The notes beneath the pieces were generated by a model. That model was given only the letters and a program-made list of their open reading frames with translations, made no database searches and was not told the origin of the DNA. A stretch of 56,808 nucleotides of DNA from an uncultured Methanosarcinales archaeon (lineage in GTDB: Archaea > Nanobdellota > Nanobdellia > Woesearchaeales > CAZOXR01), in NCBI GenBank assembly GCA_964566535.1, contig CAZMIO010000007.1, positions 1 through 56,808 on the forward strand, read 5' to 3'. Positions 17,814 through 28,150 of the stretch are shown piece by piece. Numbering within the stretch: position 1 is the first letter of the stretch; the number at the start of each line of letters is the position of its first letter. The position numbers were made by a program, and so were the translations under genes.

Positions 17814-20104
17814 TGGCATTTCTTGAAAGTAAGAAGCCTTTCTCTTATGAATTGGTGAGGGAAGGGGAGGAAGTTGTCCTGAAGATAGATTGCGAGAAGT
17901 ACTTTAGGATTCCGTCTATAGAAGACGATCCATTTACTATGGCTAAGGTTTGTGACCTGCTAAATGAGATTAAGGGTGTCACGAAGATTGTTTTTTCACA
18001 GAAAAGAAATTATGAATATGAATATAGTCAAGTTGTGCTTATCCAAGAGATTGCTAGGCTTTATAATCAATTGATGAAAAGAAAAGATTTAGTCGGGTAT
18101 AGTGCTTTTGTTTCTGATCCGGCATGTACTAAGTGTATTCCTGGATGGTATTCTGAGATGAAGCATATTATCTCTGATCTTTTGAGGAGCGATCCATTAA
18201 GTGCTTATGTCACTCTTAAGAGGATGGCTAGGAGAGAGAAGATTAAGGAAGAGGCTACGGTTGATGAGAGGTGTATTAAGTGTGAGAAGAAGGTAATTAC
18301 TGCTATCGATCATATTGTTGGTATGTTGGAGAAAACTAAACTGGTTGTAATTGCTAAACCTCACTTATCTGGATATAAAGTTGGTGATAGAGAAGTTTAC
18401 AGAAGGATATTCACGCCAGTTATTAAGCCGGATTTTATGTTCACTAAATTAATGGCTACTTATCCAAGTGAAGGAGAGGAGCTTGATAGTTATATGGTGG
18501 GTAAGGACACAGAAATAACTATCTTTGCACTGCCAGACACTATACAGTATCTTTATCACATGGTTCCTCCAGAGTTTAAGCTGTCTGAGGAAGAGTATGA
18601 GATATTAGATACTGCAAGGAAAGTAATGGCTGAGCATAAGCCAAAGAAATCTGAGTTTGTTGATCCTCAGAGGATGAGACAGGTGTTTTCTAATGTTGGA
18701 CAGGATCTTATTGAGGAGTTGATAAGCCACAAAGGGATAAGGATGTCATCAAGGAACGTTGAGAAGCTCACTAGGATATTGGTAAGGTATACTGTGGGTT
18801 TTGGTTTGATTGAGGTGCTGCTGCAGGATGAGAAGGTGCAAGACATTACAATAAATTCACCTATGGGAAATATTCCGATTTTTTTGGTACATCAAGAATT
18901 TACTGACTGCAAAACAAACATAATTCCTACTGAGAGTGAGAGTGAGTCATGGGCATCTAAGTTAAGGATGATCTCTGGAAGGCCTTTGGATGAGGCTAAT
19001 CCTATCTTAGATACAGAGATTAGCATTCCAGGAGCTGATGCAAGGGTTGCAGTAATAAGTCCTCCTTTGAACCCTCATGGACTTGCGTATGCTTTTAGGA
19101 GGCATAGGGACAAGCCATGGACTCTGCCTTTATTTGTTAAGAATAGGATGATTAATCCTTTGGCTGCTGGTTTGATGAGTTTTATTATTGATGGTTCTAG
19201 GACAATGCTAGTTGCAGGAACTAGGAGTTCTGGAAAAACGTCATTACTTGGTTCTGTACTGACTGAGATTATGAGGAAGTATAGGGTAATTACAATTGAG
19301 GATACTATGGAGCTGCCAGTTACTGCATTGAGAAAGATGGGGTATAATATCCAGCCAATGAAAGTTGCTTCAGCTATGACTAAAGGAACTTCTGAGGTTT
19401 CTGCTGATGAAGGTATAAGGACAACATTGAGGTTAGGTGATTCATGCTTGATTGTTGGGGAAGTTAGGAGTACTGAGGCTAAAGCACTTTACGAAGCTAT
19501 GAGAGTAGGTGCACTGGCTAATGTTGTTGCAGGAACAATTCACGGCGATAGCCCATATGGTGTTTTTGACAGAGTTGTTAATGATCTAGAAGTTCCTAGG
19601 ACTTCGTTTAAAGCTACTGATATTATTGTAGTTGCTAATCCAATAAAGTCGGCTGATGGATTGCATAGATGGAGGAGAGTGACTCAGATAACTGAAGTAA
19701 GGAAGCAATGGGATCAAGATCCCCTGCTTGAGAATGGTTTTGTGGACTTGATGAAATATAATGCTGTTAAGGATGAGCTTGAGCCCTCTAAGGATTTGAT
19801 AAATGGTGATTCTGATATATTGAAAGGGATAGCAGGTAATGTTAAGGAATGGGCAGGTAATTGGGATGCCCTTTGGGATAACGTATTACTAAGAGCTAAG
19901 ATAAAGGAAACATTAGTGGAATTTTCAGATAAGGTTAAGGATGACCAAATTTTAGAGGCCCCATTTGTAATCAAGAGTAATGATGAGTTTCATAGAATAT
20001 CAGATAAGATTAAAGAAGAAGTTGGCAGCTTGGATTCAAAGAGGATATTTTTTGAATGGAATGAATGGTTGAGAAAACAGCATAAGAGAAAGAGTTTAGA
20101 ATAA
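17813..20104 (+). CDS. Type II/IV secretion (FlaI/TadA/VirB11-like) ATPase
   Basis: Walker A GTRSSGKT, TIEDT, Walker B LIVGEVR, His box GTIHG. Confidence 0.93.
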   Translation: MAFLESKKPFSYELVREGEEVVLKIDCEKYFRIPSIEDDPFTMAKVCDLLNEIKGVTKIVFSQKRNYEYEYSQVVLIQEIARLYNQLMKRKDLVGYSAFVSDPACTKCIPGWYSEMKHIISDLLRSDPLSAYVTLKRMARREKIKEEATVDERCIKCEKKVITAIDHIVGMLEKTKLVVIAKPHLSGYKVGDREVYRRIFTPVIKPDFMFTKLMATYPSEGEELDSYMVGKDTEITIFALPDTIQYLYHMVPPEFKLSEEEYEILDTARKVMAEHKPKKSEFVDPQRMRQVFSNVGQDLIEELISHKGIRMSSRNVEKLTRILVRYTVGFGLIEVLLQDEKVQDITINSPMGNIPIFLVHQEFTDCKTNIIPTESESESWASKLRMISGRPLDEANPILDTEISIPGADARVAVISPPLNPHGLAYAFRRHRDKPWTLPLFVKNRMINPLAAGLMSFIIDGSRTMLVAGTRSSGKTSLLGSVLTEIMRKYRVITIEDTMELPVTALRKMGYNIQPMKVASAMTKGTSEVSADEGIRTTLRLGDSCLIVGEVRSTEAKALYEAMRVGALANVVAGTIHGDSPYGVFDRVVNDLEVPRTSFKATDIIVVANPIKSADGLHRWRRVTQITEVRKQWDQDPLLENGFVDLMKYNAVKDELEPSKDLINGDSDILKGIAGNVKEWAGNWDALWDNVLLRAKIKETLVEFSDKVKDDQILEAPFVIKSNDEFHRISDKIKEEVGSLDSKRIFFEWNEWLRKQHKRKSLE

Positions 20105-20105
20105 A

Positions 20106-22271
20106 ATGGCTGACATAAAAAAAGAGGAGTATGAGAGTCTTTTGGCTAAATATAAGAGTAAGGTTGAGGAAGAGTTAGGTGGTAGTGTAAATACTCCTAG
20201 ACAGATAGTCACGAAAGAATACCAACAATTTAGGAAAGAGTTCATCTCCACCCATATGTCTATATACGAGCAAGCTTGTAATCTTAGTGAACAACTTTTG
20301 AAGGTAGCTCCTGATAAAAAGAAGGAAGCTGATCTGAAAGAGGCCTTAGGAACGTGTCACCTTAATGTTACTCCAGTGGGCGTTGTTTCTTTTTCGTTGC
20401 TTGCTCCGATATTGTTAATATTAATCGGTTCATTAGTCTCATTTGTAGCTTTCCAGGAATTCTTTTTTGTATTCTTCTTTTTTATTGTAGGGGTGTCTTT
20501 GATTGCTCCATTGAATAAACTTCCAGAGTTTTTGGCTAATAGCTGGAGACTTAAGGCTTCGAATCAGATGGTATTGTGCATCTTTTATGTTGTAACTTAT
20601 ATGAGGCATACATCAAATATTGAGAATGCCGTTGCTTTTGCAGCAGAACATTTGAGTCCTCCTTTGTCTGTTGACTTGAAGAAGGTTTTGTGGGATGTTG
20701 AGACTGGGAAGTATGAATCAGTCAAAGAATCGTTGGAAGTATATCTTTCTGGGTGGAAGAAATGGAATATGGAGTTTGTTGAATCATTCCATCTGATAAT
20801 ATCTTCACTATATGAAAAGTCGGAAGACAGAAGGTTGAGGTCATTAGACAGATCGTTGGATGTTATTCTAAATGAAACTTATGAGAAGATGCTGCATTAT
20901 GCACACAATTTGAAATCTCCAATAACCATGCTACACATGTTAGGGATTATTCTGCCAATCTTAGGATTAGTTATTCTACCTTTGGTTGTCAGCTTTATGG
21001 AAGGAATAAGGTGGTTTCATATTGCTACTATCTACAATATTGCACTCCCCCTCACTGTATATGTTATGGGGAAGAACATCTTGTCTAAGAGACCTACGGG
21101 GTATGGAGATACCGATATTAGTGAAGATAATCCTGCTTTGAAGAAATATAGGAATTCAATATTTAAAATTGGTGGTGCTGAGGTTGCAGTGAATCCATTA
21201 TGGATTGCAGTATTTATTGGTGCGGTGTTATTTTTGATTGGGTTTTCCCCTATAGTTTTGAACTTTTTAGAGGTTTCTGATGTAGGTATAGGTACTGAAG
21301 ATATATCCAGCTCATGCGGATATGTTTTTTGCTTGTTGGGATATGAAACTATGGAGAATGGTGATGTTAGGGGTCCTTTTGGTCTTGGAGCTTCGGTGTT
21401 GAGCTTGGCTGTCACGCTGGCTTTGGGTTTAGGGTTCGGACTGTATTTTAAATTGAAGTCTAAGAATGTAATTAAATTAAGAGAGAAGTCTAAGAAACTC
21501 GAGGATGAATTTGCGTCTGCATTATTCCAACTAGGGAATAAGTTAGGTGATGGTTTTCCTGCTGAGGTTGCTGTTGGGAAGGTTGCTGAGACTATGGCTG
21601 GAACAACATCCGGGAATTTCTTTTCAATGGTCAGTTTAAATATAAGGAGACTTGGGATGGGTGTTGAGGAGGCTATCTTTAATCCTAAGTATGGTGCTAT
21701 GCTTTATTTCCCATCAAAGATTATTGAGAGTTCTATGAAAGTTTTGGTTGAGTCTGTTAAGAAAGGGCCTGAGATTGCTGCTCAGTCTTTAATGAATGTT
21801 TCTAGGTATATTAAAGAGATCCATAAGGTTAATGAGCGGCTTAGGGATTTGATGGCCGACATTATATCTTCTATGAGTTCTCAGATTAAGTTTTTGACTC
21901 CGATTATTGCAGGTATTGTGATTGGAATAACTTCTATGATTTCATCAATAATTGGTAAATTGGGTAAGATGATTGCTTCAGGTGGTGGGGCTGATACTGG
22001 ACTTGGGGCCTTGAGTGGAATAAGTTTTAGCATTGGAGTTCCAACTTATTTCTTTCAGATAATTGTTGGAATCTATGTTGTGCAGATTGTGTATATTCTG
22101 ACTATTCTTTCTAATGGTATACAAAACGGCTCTGATAAATTGAATGAGAGATTTAATCTTGGAAAGAATTTAATCAGTAGTCCTATATTGTTTTGTGTTG
22201 TTGCTTTCTTAGTTATGGTGATATTTAATATGATTGCCGGAACAATTCTAGAAGGTGTTGTTGGGATATAA
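20106..22271 (+). CDS. TadC/FlaJ-like (T2SSF) membrane platform protein
   Basis: Directly follows the ATPase; two cytoplasmic domains, each followed by TM bundles. Confidence 0.78.
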   Translation: MADIKKEEYESLLAKYKSKVEEELGGSVNTPRQIVTKEYQQFRKEFISTHMSIYEQACNLSEQLLKVAPDKKKEADLKEALGTCHLNVTPVGVVSFSLLAPILLILIGSLVSFVAFQEFFFVFFFFIVGVSLIAPLNKLPEFLANSWRLKASNQMVLCIFYVVTYMRHTSNIENAVAFAAEHLSPPLSVDLKKVLWDVETGKYESVKESLEVYLSGWKKWNMEFVESFHLIISSLYEKSEDRRLRSLDRSLDVILNETYEKMLHYAHNLKSPITMLHMLGIILPILGLVILPLVVSFMEGIRWFHIATIYNIALPLTVYVMGKNILSKRPTGYGDTDISEDNPALKKYRNSIFKIGGAEVAVNPLWIAVFIGAVLFLIGFSPIVLNFLEVSDVGIGTEDISSSCGYVFCLLGYETMENGDVRGPFGLGASVLSLAVTLALGLGFGLYFKLKSKNVIKLREKSKKLEDEFASALFQLGNKLGDGFPAEVAVGKVAETMAGTTSGNFFSMVSLNIRRLGMGVEEAIFNPKYGAMLYFPSKIIESSMKVLVESVKKGPEIAAQSLMNVSRYIKEIHKVNERLRDLMADIISSMSSQIKFLTPIIAGIVIGITSMISSIIGKLGKMIASGGGADTGLGALSGISFSIGVPTYFFQIIVGIYVVQIVYILTILSNGIQNGSDKLNERFNLGKNLISSPILFCVVAFLVMVIFNMIAGTILEGVVGI

Positions 22272-22279
22272 AGAAAAAA

Positions 22280-22353
22280 TGGGGTTACTGGAATTTGAAT
22301 CCAGGACACCTACGTCTTCAGCGTAGTGCTCTCCCAGGCTGAGCTATAACCCC
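22280..22353 (-). tRNA. tRNA-Phe(GAA)
   Basis: GGGGTTA/TAACCCC acceptor stem; anticodon arm CTACG-CTGAAGA-CGTAG; T arm CTGGA-TTCAAAT-TCCAG; no encoded CCA; TATA ~28 nt upstream. Confidence 0.96.
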
Positions 22354-22530
22354 ATCAAAGTATAAAAGAAATCAAATTTGTTTAAATAGGTTTTGGTTTG
22401 GGAAATGTTTGGTTATTAATATAAAAAATCATTAAAAAATAATCAATAATTAATAAAAGTTAATAAAAATAAATAAATAGTGGAAAGATATTAATACTAG
22501 ACATTCTAGAGATATAATTGGTGATGTGTA

Positions 22531-23457
22531 ATGCCTGTTGTTTTATCTACTGGAAATCCAGAAAAAGTTACTTTAGTTAGATTAGTTGAATATGCTGCTG
22601 TTCAATTGGACGAAGACAATCAAACTTTTGTTGACATGACTGTTGCTGCAATCTTGAATGTCGAAGAACCAACTGATATTTCCATGTTAGTAAGAGGGGG
22701 ACCAGAGAAATTAAGAGATAGGGGTCATATGTGGGCTCCTGGTGAAAAGTACATGTTACCAGCTATTTTAGGTGGAGAGTATATTGGTCCAGGGAATTCT
22801 TCATTGGATGGTTTATCTGTTTCTCCATTTGAAATAAAGAGGGTAAGTAGTGGTGTAGTAAGAGCACAAATAGATGGAAGTCTTGAGTTACCAGTTAAAG
22901 CTTATAGACTTGAAGGGATTGAACAAGAAATGCTTCCAAGTGTTGATGATCCAATATATTCTATTGCAAGGTTTTCAATTGATGGTGAAGGGTTAGTTTT
23001 AGTAACTTTGGGTTACAGAACTAGGGTGGGTGTTAGAAGAGATATTCATGATGAGGTTGATGTATCTTTCGATGGATATGAAAGAGTAATTGAGGTGATA
23101 GATAGAAGAGTTAGAGAAAGTGGAATTGAAGGTGCTAATCCATGGGAAGGTACTCATAGGGGTGAATTTGAATATTCTCGATTAATGGATCAAATGCAAA
23201 GTTTACTTGAAATTAGACATTTATTGGTGATAAGTGCTCCAAATGGTGCAACAATATATCCTGGAGGATCCCTTACATTTTTTGGAGTTGGTAAGGAAGG
23301 AGAAAGAAGTGGTCATCTAAATAGTCCGAATGATAATTTTACTTCTGTTGCATACTTAGATTTAATGGAAGGTGGAGGAGTATCTGCAAAAATTGCGAAA
23401 CCTGGTTGTTTTGGAAGACCCATTAGTGATGGACCAGCATATTCTATGAGGCCTTAG
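22531..23457 (+). CDS. Hypothetical protein (ORFan-like)
   Basis: 308 aa ORF with SD GGTGA; no recognised motif. Confidence 0.7.
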   Translation: MPVVLSTGNPEKVTLVRLVEYAAVQLDEDNQTFVDMTVAAILNVEEPTDISMLVRGGPEKLRDRGHMWAPGEKYMLPAILGGEYIGPGNSSLDGLSVSPFEIKRVSSGVVRAQIDGSLELPVKAYRLEGIEQEMLPSVDDPIYSIARFSIDGEGLVLVTLGYRTRVGVRRDIHDEVDVSFDGYERVIEVIDRRVRESGIEGANPWEGTHRGEFEYSRLMDQMQSLLEIRHLLVISAPNGATIYPGGSLTFFGVGKEGERSGHLNSPNDNFTSVAYLDLMEGGGVSAKIAKPGCFGRPISDGPAYSMRP

Positions 23458-23522
23458 GAAAAAACCAATAAAGAAATAATCAATAGCTTAAAATTTAATA
23501 AAATAAATAATAGAAAAATAAA

Positions 23523-23945
23523 TTACCCAATATACTCTTCGTCGTTGACTGGTTTTTCGTCTTGTTGTTTTGGTTCTGGCTGAGTAGCTTCAGGTGGTAC
23601 GTTAGAATAAACCTTGCCTTCTTCAGTTGATCCTTCGGTTGAGCTTGAGGCTTCTGCTTTGCCAACGATTTCGAACTTTCCAAACTTTCCGGTTGTTAAC
23701 TGTAACTCCCCTTGCCATTCGTTGACATAACCGTTACTTATCTTTACTTTGTCCCCTACTTTTACTTCGTCAATTTGTTCGTTCCATAGGGAAATTTTAA
23801 CTTGGCCTGATCCGTCTTTTGCTACTGCGTTGCACACCCTGCCTGGTTTCCCGAACTTTTCAAATTCTCTGATGTCGCCTTTTTCAACTACGTCTAGAAC
23901 TAATTCCACATTTCCTTGTCTTGCTTGTAAGTCTTTTACTTCCAT
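23523..23945 (-). CDS. ssb: Single OB-fold ssDNA-binding protein (SSB/RPA) with acidic tail
   Basis: GRVCNAVAKDGSGQVKISLWNEQ...VKVGDKVKISNGYVNEWQGELQL. Confidence 0.9.
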   Translation of the reverse strand: MEVKDLQARQGNVELVLDVVEKGDIREFEKFGKPGRVCNAVAKDGSGQVKISLWNEQIDEVKVGDKVKISNGYVNEWQGELQLTTGKFGKFEIVGKAEASSSTEGSTEEGKVYSNVPPEATQPEPKQQDEKPVNDEEYIG

Positions 23946-23978
23946 TTTATGATTAGGATGGATAGGTAGTTTATAAAT

Positions 23979-25394
23979 TTATTTGTTGAGTAGTTCTCTT
24001 AAGGTTTCCTTTAAGTCTTTTATTGGAGTTCTGACTTGTTTTGTTGTATCACGATCTCTTATTGTGACCTTTTTGTCTTTTAACGAGTCGAAATCAAATG
24101 TGATGCAAAAAGGAATTCCTATCTCGTCTGCTCTTGCATATCTTCGTCCAACTGAACCTGATTTGTCAAACATTGAGTTGAATTCTTCTGATAAGTCTGT
24201 GAATAGCTTTTTTGCTTCTTTTTCTAGTTTGTTTACTAACGGGAAGATTCCCACTTTTATTGGAGCTAATTTTGGATGTAGTTTTAGCACTACATTTCCC
24301 CTTTTTTTGTCGTCATTGTATGCTTCGAAGATGAATGTTAGAAATGCACGGTCAATACCTTGTGATGGTTCTGAGGCAACATAAGGGATTACTTTTTCTT
24401 TTGCTTCTTCATCGAAGTATTCCATACTGGTGTTTGAGAATTTCATGTGCTGAGTGAGGTCGAATTGCTGTCTGTCTGCGTTTCCATGTATTTCTTTCCA
24501 GCCGAATGGGAAATTATATTCAATATCGAAGCATGCTGATGCGTAATGTGCTAACTCGTCTTTATGATGCTCTCTTAATCTTAGATTTTCTTTTTTTATT
24601 CCTAGGTCTAGGAAGAATTTGTAGTATTTAGCTAACCAGTAAGCGTGCCAAGGAGATGCTATTCTTTTTGTGACCATCTGGTCTATTGTTATTTCTGAAT
24701 GGGGTTTGTTGGCTTTTTGTTCTTTTTCTGTTATTAAGTTTAATTTCATACTTTCTACTTCTTTTATGAATGGACAGTTGTTTACGTCTTTTGGGTTGAT
24801 GAAGTATTCAATCTCGAATTGTTCGAATTCTCTTGAACGGAATAGGAAGTCTCTTGGAGAAATTTCATTTCGGAATGCTTTTCCGGTTTGTGCTATACCG
24901 AAAGGGAGTTTTTTTCTTGATGTTTCCTGGACTAATTTGTAGTTTGTGAATATGACTTGTGCTGTTTCTGGTCTTAAGTAGGAGATATTTCCTTCAACTG
25001 GACCTACGTTTGTTGTGAACATTAGGTTTAGCTTTCCAGAGCTTTTTAGTTTTGCTTCGCACTTTGGACAAGTCATTCCCTTATCGTCATCTCCTTTAAC
25101 CATTATCCTGCATTTAGGGCATTTGTAGATGTAATCTAGGAATGAATCAACATGGCCTGATGCTTCCCAAACTTTTGGGTGAGTTATTGTTGTTCCGTCA
25201 ATTCCTACAACATCTTCTCTTTGTTGTACGAAAACATTCCAAAATTGGCTTTTTATGTTGTTTTTTAGCTCTACGCCTAATGGACCGTAATCAAAGAAAC
25301 CTGCCATTCCTCCGTATATTTCGGAGTTTTGGAAAACAAAGCCTTTTTTCTTGCAGAAAGTTGCCATGTCTTCAATTGAGATTTTTTCTTCCAT
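23979..25394 (-). CDS. glyS: Glycine--tRNA ligase (alpha2 type)
   Basis: YLRPETAQ, FRNEISPR, REFEQFEIE, LAHYA and the GRRYARADEIG anticodon-binding domain. Confidence 0.97.
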   Translation of the reverse strand: MEEKISIEDMATFCKKKGFVFQNSEIYGGMAGFFDYGPLGVELKNNIKSQFWNVFVQQREDVVGIDGTTITHPKVWEASGHVDSFLDYIYKCPKCRIMVKGDDDKGMTCPKCEAKLKSSGKLNLMFTTNVGPVEGNISYLRPETAQVIFTNYKLVQETSRKKLPFGIAQTGKAFRNEISPRDFLFRSREFEQFEIEYFINPKDVNNCPFIKEVESMKLNLITEKEQKANKPHSEITIDQMVTKRIASPWHAYWLAKYYKFFLDLGIKKENLRLREHHKDELAHYASACFDIEYNFPFGWKEIHGNADRQQFDLTQHMKFSNTSMEYFDEEAKEKVIPYVASEPSQGIDRAFLTFIFEAYNDDKKRGNVVLKLHPKLAPIKVGIFPLVNKLEKEAKKLFTDLSEEFNSMFDKSGSVGRRYARADEIGIPFCITFDFDSLKDKKVTIRDRDTTKQVRTPIKDLKETLRELLNK

Positions 25395-25444
25395 TCTGAT
25401 TATTAGTTTTATTATTGTTTATTAAATTATTGGTTTATTTGGAG

Positions 25445-26635
25445 TTATTTCTTCAGCCATTGAATTTCTTCTTTGGTTAAATCTAATTGTTTTGTGATGT
25501 TGTTTGACATTTCTTTGTTGTTTCTGAAGATTGATCTGTAAAGGTCAATTTGGGGCAAGATATTTCTTGTTGAGGTGTGAGTATGGTCTGCAATCTTTTG
25601 AGCTATTGCTTTCTTTTTCATGCTCTTTTGTTTTGCCCACCAAAGTTTTAGAATTCTTCCTGTTGGTTTGTAGTCTACGAACTTTTTGTATTTTTGGTCT
25701 TTTGAGACTGCTATTCCTGCTGTGATTAGGGCGTTTATGTAGATAAGAAATCTCCAGTGCTGCCATCTTCTTATTCTTCTATTGAATATGTCTGCTTTGC
25801 TTAACTTATCGTATGCTCTTGCTAGGTCTTCTGGTTTGTCGTATTCACTTGGTAAGTTTTCATCTAACCATAGAAGTTGATCGTTTAGGTCTTCTTTTAC
25901 ATTGTCGAAAGCTGCTATTGCAATATTTGGATCGGTTGTTTTGAAGATTTTTGTTAAGGCTGTTTTTATTGATTCTTCTTTTAGTCTTTCTCCTAGTTCT
26001 GCTAGGTTGTCTGTTTCATAAGATGCTGTTTCTAAGTCTGTTATTGCTGCTCTGGCATCTCCTGCTGACATTCTTGCTAACATTTTTAATGAAGATTCTT
26101 TGATGTCTAGCTTTTCTTTTTCTGCTATGTCTTTTAGTAGTGTTACTAGTGATTGGGGTGTTAGTGAATCATATTTTACCATCTCTGTTTTTTTTCTTAA
26201 TGAAGATAGTTTTCTGTCCCATGGATTTGTTGTTGTTAGGACGAATGGGAAGGTTGATGTTTGGATTAGTTTTATGATTGTTGGTATGCCTCCACGGTCT
26301 TTCATCCCAGATAGACCATCTACTTCATCGATAAGGATTATTTTCCCTTTTGAGAACAAGGACATTTGTTTTGAGGCTCCGCCCACTTTATTTTCTATCT
26401 GCTCTTTGTTTCTTGTGTCACTGGCGTTTATTTCAATAAGCTCTAGGTTTAGTTCTTTTGCTACTGCATATGTAGAGGATGTTTTTCCTGTTCCCGATGG
26501 GCCGTATAGGAGGATTGCTTTTTTTTTCTGGGTTTTGTAGTTTGTTATGAAGTCTTTTAGAGTTTTTACTGCTTCATCTTGACCAATTATTTCCTGAGAA
26601 TTTTTTGGCTGATATTTTATTGTGTAAGGGAGCAT
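25445..26635 (-). CDS. rfcL: Replication factor C large subunit
   Basis: KYQPK, GPSGTGKT, EINASD, DEVDG and WLDEN motifs. Confidence 0.95.
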   Translation of the reverse strand: MLPYTIKYQPKNSQEIIGQDEAVKTLKDFITNYKTQKKKAILLYGPSGTGKTSSTYAVAKELNLELIEINASDTRNKEQIENKVGGASKQMSLFSKGKIILIDEVDGLSGMKDRGGIPTIIKLIQTSTFPFVLTTTNPWDRKLSSLRKKTEMVKYDSLTPQSLVTLLKDIAEKEKLDIKESSLKMLARMSAGDARAAITDLETASYETDNLAELGERLKEESIKTALTKIFKTTDPNIAIAAFDNVKEDLNDQLLWLDENLPSEYDKPEDLARAYDKLSKADIFNRRIRRWQHWRFLIYINALITAGIAVSKDQKYKKFVDYKPTGRILKLWWAKQKSMKKKAIAQKIADHTHTSTRNILPQIDLYRSIFRNNKEMSNNITKQLDLTKEEIQWLKK

Positions 26636-26702
26636 AGGATTTGGGAAGAATGAAGGGTTTTTAAATTTTTAGGAGAATAAACAAATAAATAAAAATAAGA
26701 AA

Positions 26703-27134
26703 TTAAGATGTGATAATATCCACAACTTTGATCTTAAATGTTAATGTTTTTCCGGCTAATGGATGGTTTAAGTCCAAAGTTATTTCTTTTTCTTCTACTT
26801 TAATTATTTTTGAAGGTATTTGTTGTCCATCTGGTGTGCCTATTGCAATCATCATGCCTGGCTTTGGTTCCTGGTTAATAGGAAGCTTATCTCTTGGTAT
26901 GCTTTTTTGAAGGTCTGGGTTATGTTCACCGTAAGCGTCTTTTGGCTCAAGCTTTATTTCTTTTTCCTGGCCTTTTTCCATTCCGATAACTGCACTATCA
27001 AATCCTTTGATTAATTGGCCTGAACCAACTTCGAATTCTAAAGGCTGTTTTCCTTCTGATGTGTCGAATACTTTTCCATCTTCTAATGTTCCTGTATAAT
27101 CAACTTTTATTTTGTCTCCTGCTTTAATTGTCAT
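26703..27134 (-). CDS. slyD: FKBP-type peptidyl-prolyl isomerase (SlyD-like, no His tail)
   Basis: VDYTGTLEDGKVFDTS, AYG and DLNHPLAGKTLTF motifs. Confidence 0.93.
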   Translation of the reverse strand: MTIKAGDKIKVDYTGTLEDGKVFDTSEGKQPLEFEVGSGQLIKGFDSAVIGMEKGQEKEIKLEPKDAYGEHNPDLQKSIPRDKLPINQEPKPGMMIAIGTPDGQQIPSKIIKVEEKEITLDLNHPLAGKTLTFKIKVVDIITS

Positions 27135-27272
27135 GTTATCAACTCCAGTTTAGTTGTGAGAATCATTAATATTATTTAAAGTTTTAGTTTCTATTTGAGT
27201 AGATTATTTAGAGAAAGGTTTATATATTAGAAGTTGCAGAGTTTAATTTATCAAAAAAGAGTGGTGATAGAT

Positions 27273-27520
27273 ATGGCTAAAAAAAGAGTACCCTTAAGAA
27301 GGTCATCAGTAAGGAGAAGAAGGAAATCAAAAAGAAAGTACCTCTTTTCAAGAAGATTCTAGGTGATGAGTTTTTAGCTGTATCTGCGATAATATTATTT
27401 GGTTCATTCCTGAAATTAGGATGGGGTTCTTTTAGTATTGCGCTAACCTTGATGATAATTGCAACGTTTTCTTTTATAGCTGGGATTAGCATAAAAGGGT
27501 ATGTTAAGGAGAATCAATAA
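27273..27520 (+). pseudogene. Small two-TM membrane protein gene interrupted by a frameshift in an A7 run
   Basis: SD GGTGA plus ATG at 27273. Adding one A to the A7 tract (27279-27285) gives 82 aa MAKKKSTLKKVISKEKKEIKKKVPLFKKILGDEFLAVSAIILFGSFLKLGWGSFSIALTLMIIATFSFIAGISIKGYVKENQ. As sequenced it stops after 29 aa. Confidence 0.6.
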
Positions 27521-27537
27521 ATTAATTATTTTTTAAT

Positions 27538-28047
27538 TTATTGTTGTCTTGAGGTTTTCTGTTGTAATAGTCTGTCGAAGTGTGATGCTAATCTTGTAGG
27601 TTCGGTATAAGGACATGATTGATCTTTTGCTTCTGGATATTTACCGATATGAGGTTGTGCATCAATTCCATGATAGAATATTGTTTTTGGCATTGCGCCT
27701 TCTTCTGCAATGATGTCTAGGATGCCTTCTGCTAAAAGAGCCCCCTCTGCCACCATACAATCCACAATAATTGCATCAACACTTGAAAGACTGGTTTGCT
27801 CTGTTCCTAAATTTGGGACTGTATCTAATTCCTGATAATGAACCCCTATTTTTCCAACAGATTCTAAAAGAGCCTTAATGTCAGTGTATCCAGAGTCTGA
27901 ACCGCAATATAGAACGTGAAGAGTGTAACTTGGTTCTCCTAATCCTCTTGCTCGACGGTTTCGCAATTTTTCTTTTCTTTCTTCTTTACTTATTGCGTCC
28001 CTCATCTCCCTTCGTTGACTTCCCCCGCCTAGAAACACATCTTCCAT
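27538..28047 (-). CDS. Hypothetical protein with degenerate receiver-like domain
   Basis: SD GAGGT before MEDVF; LHVLYC...VDAIIVDCMV...PKTIFYHG pattern resembles REC beta1/beta3/beta4. Confidence 0.55.
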   Translation of the reverse strand: MEDVFLGGGSQRREMRDAISKEERKEKLRNRRARGLGEPSYTLHVLYCGSDSGYTDIKALLESVGKIGVHYQELDTVPNLGTEQTSLSSVDAIIVDCMVAEGALLAEGILDIIAEEGAMPKTIFYHGIDAQPHIGKYPEAKDQSCPYTEPTRLASHFDRLLQQKTSRQQ

Positions 28048-28150
28048 TTTGGATACCTCATAGAAAAAGATATAATATTTCTTTTTCAAAAGGGAGAATG
28101 TTTTAGAATTTAAATGTTTTATTGTGAAAATTACGAAAAAAAGAAAAAGC

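Noticed and set aside
14818..22271. Archaellum operon
   Set aside because: No archaellin (FlaB), FlaH or FlaF/G homologues recognised; a generic type IV pilus call is safer.
22280..23457. Integrated element at tRNA-Phe
   Set aside because: No integrase and no duplicated tRNA 3' end seen; the ORFan lies on the tRNA's 5' side.
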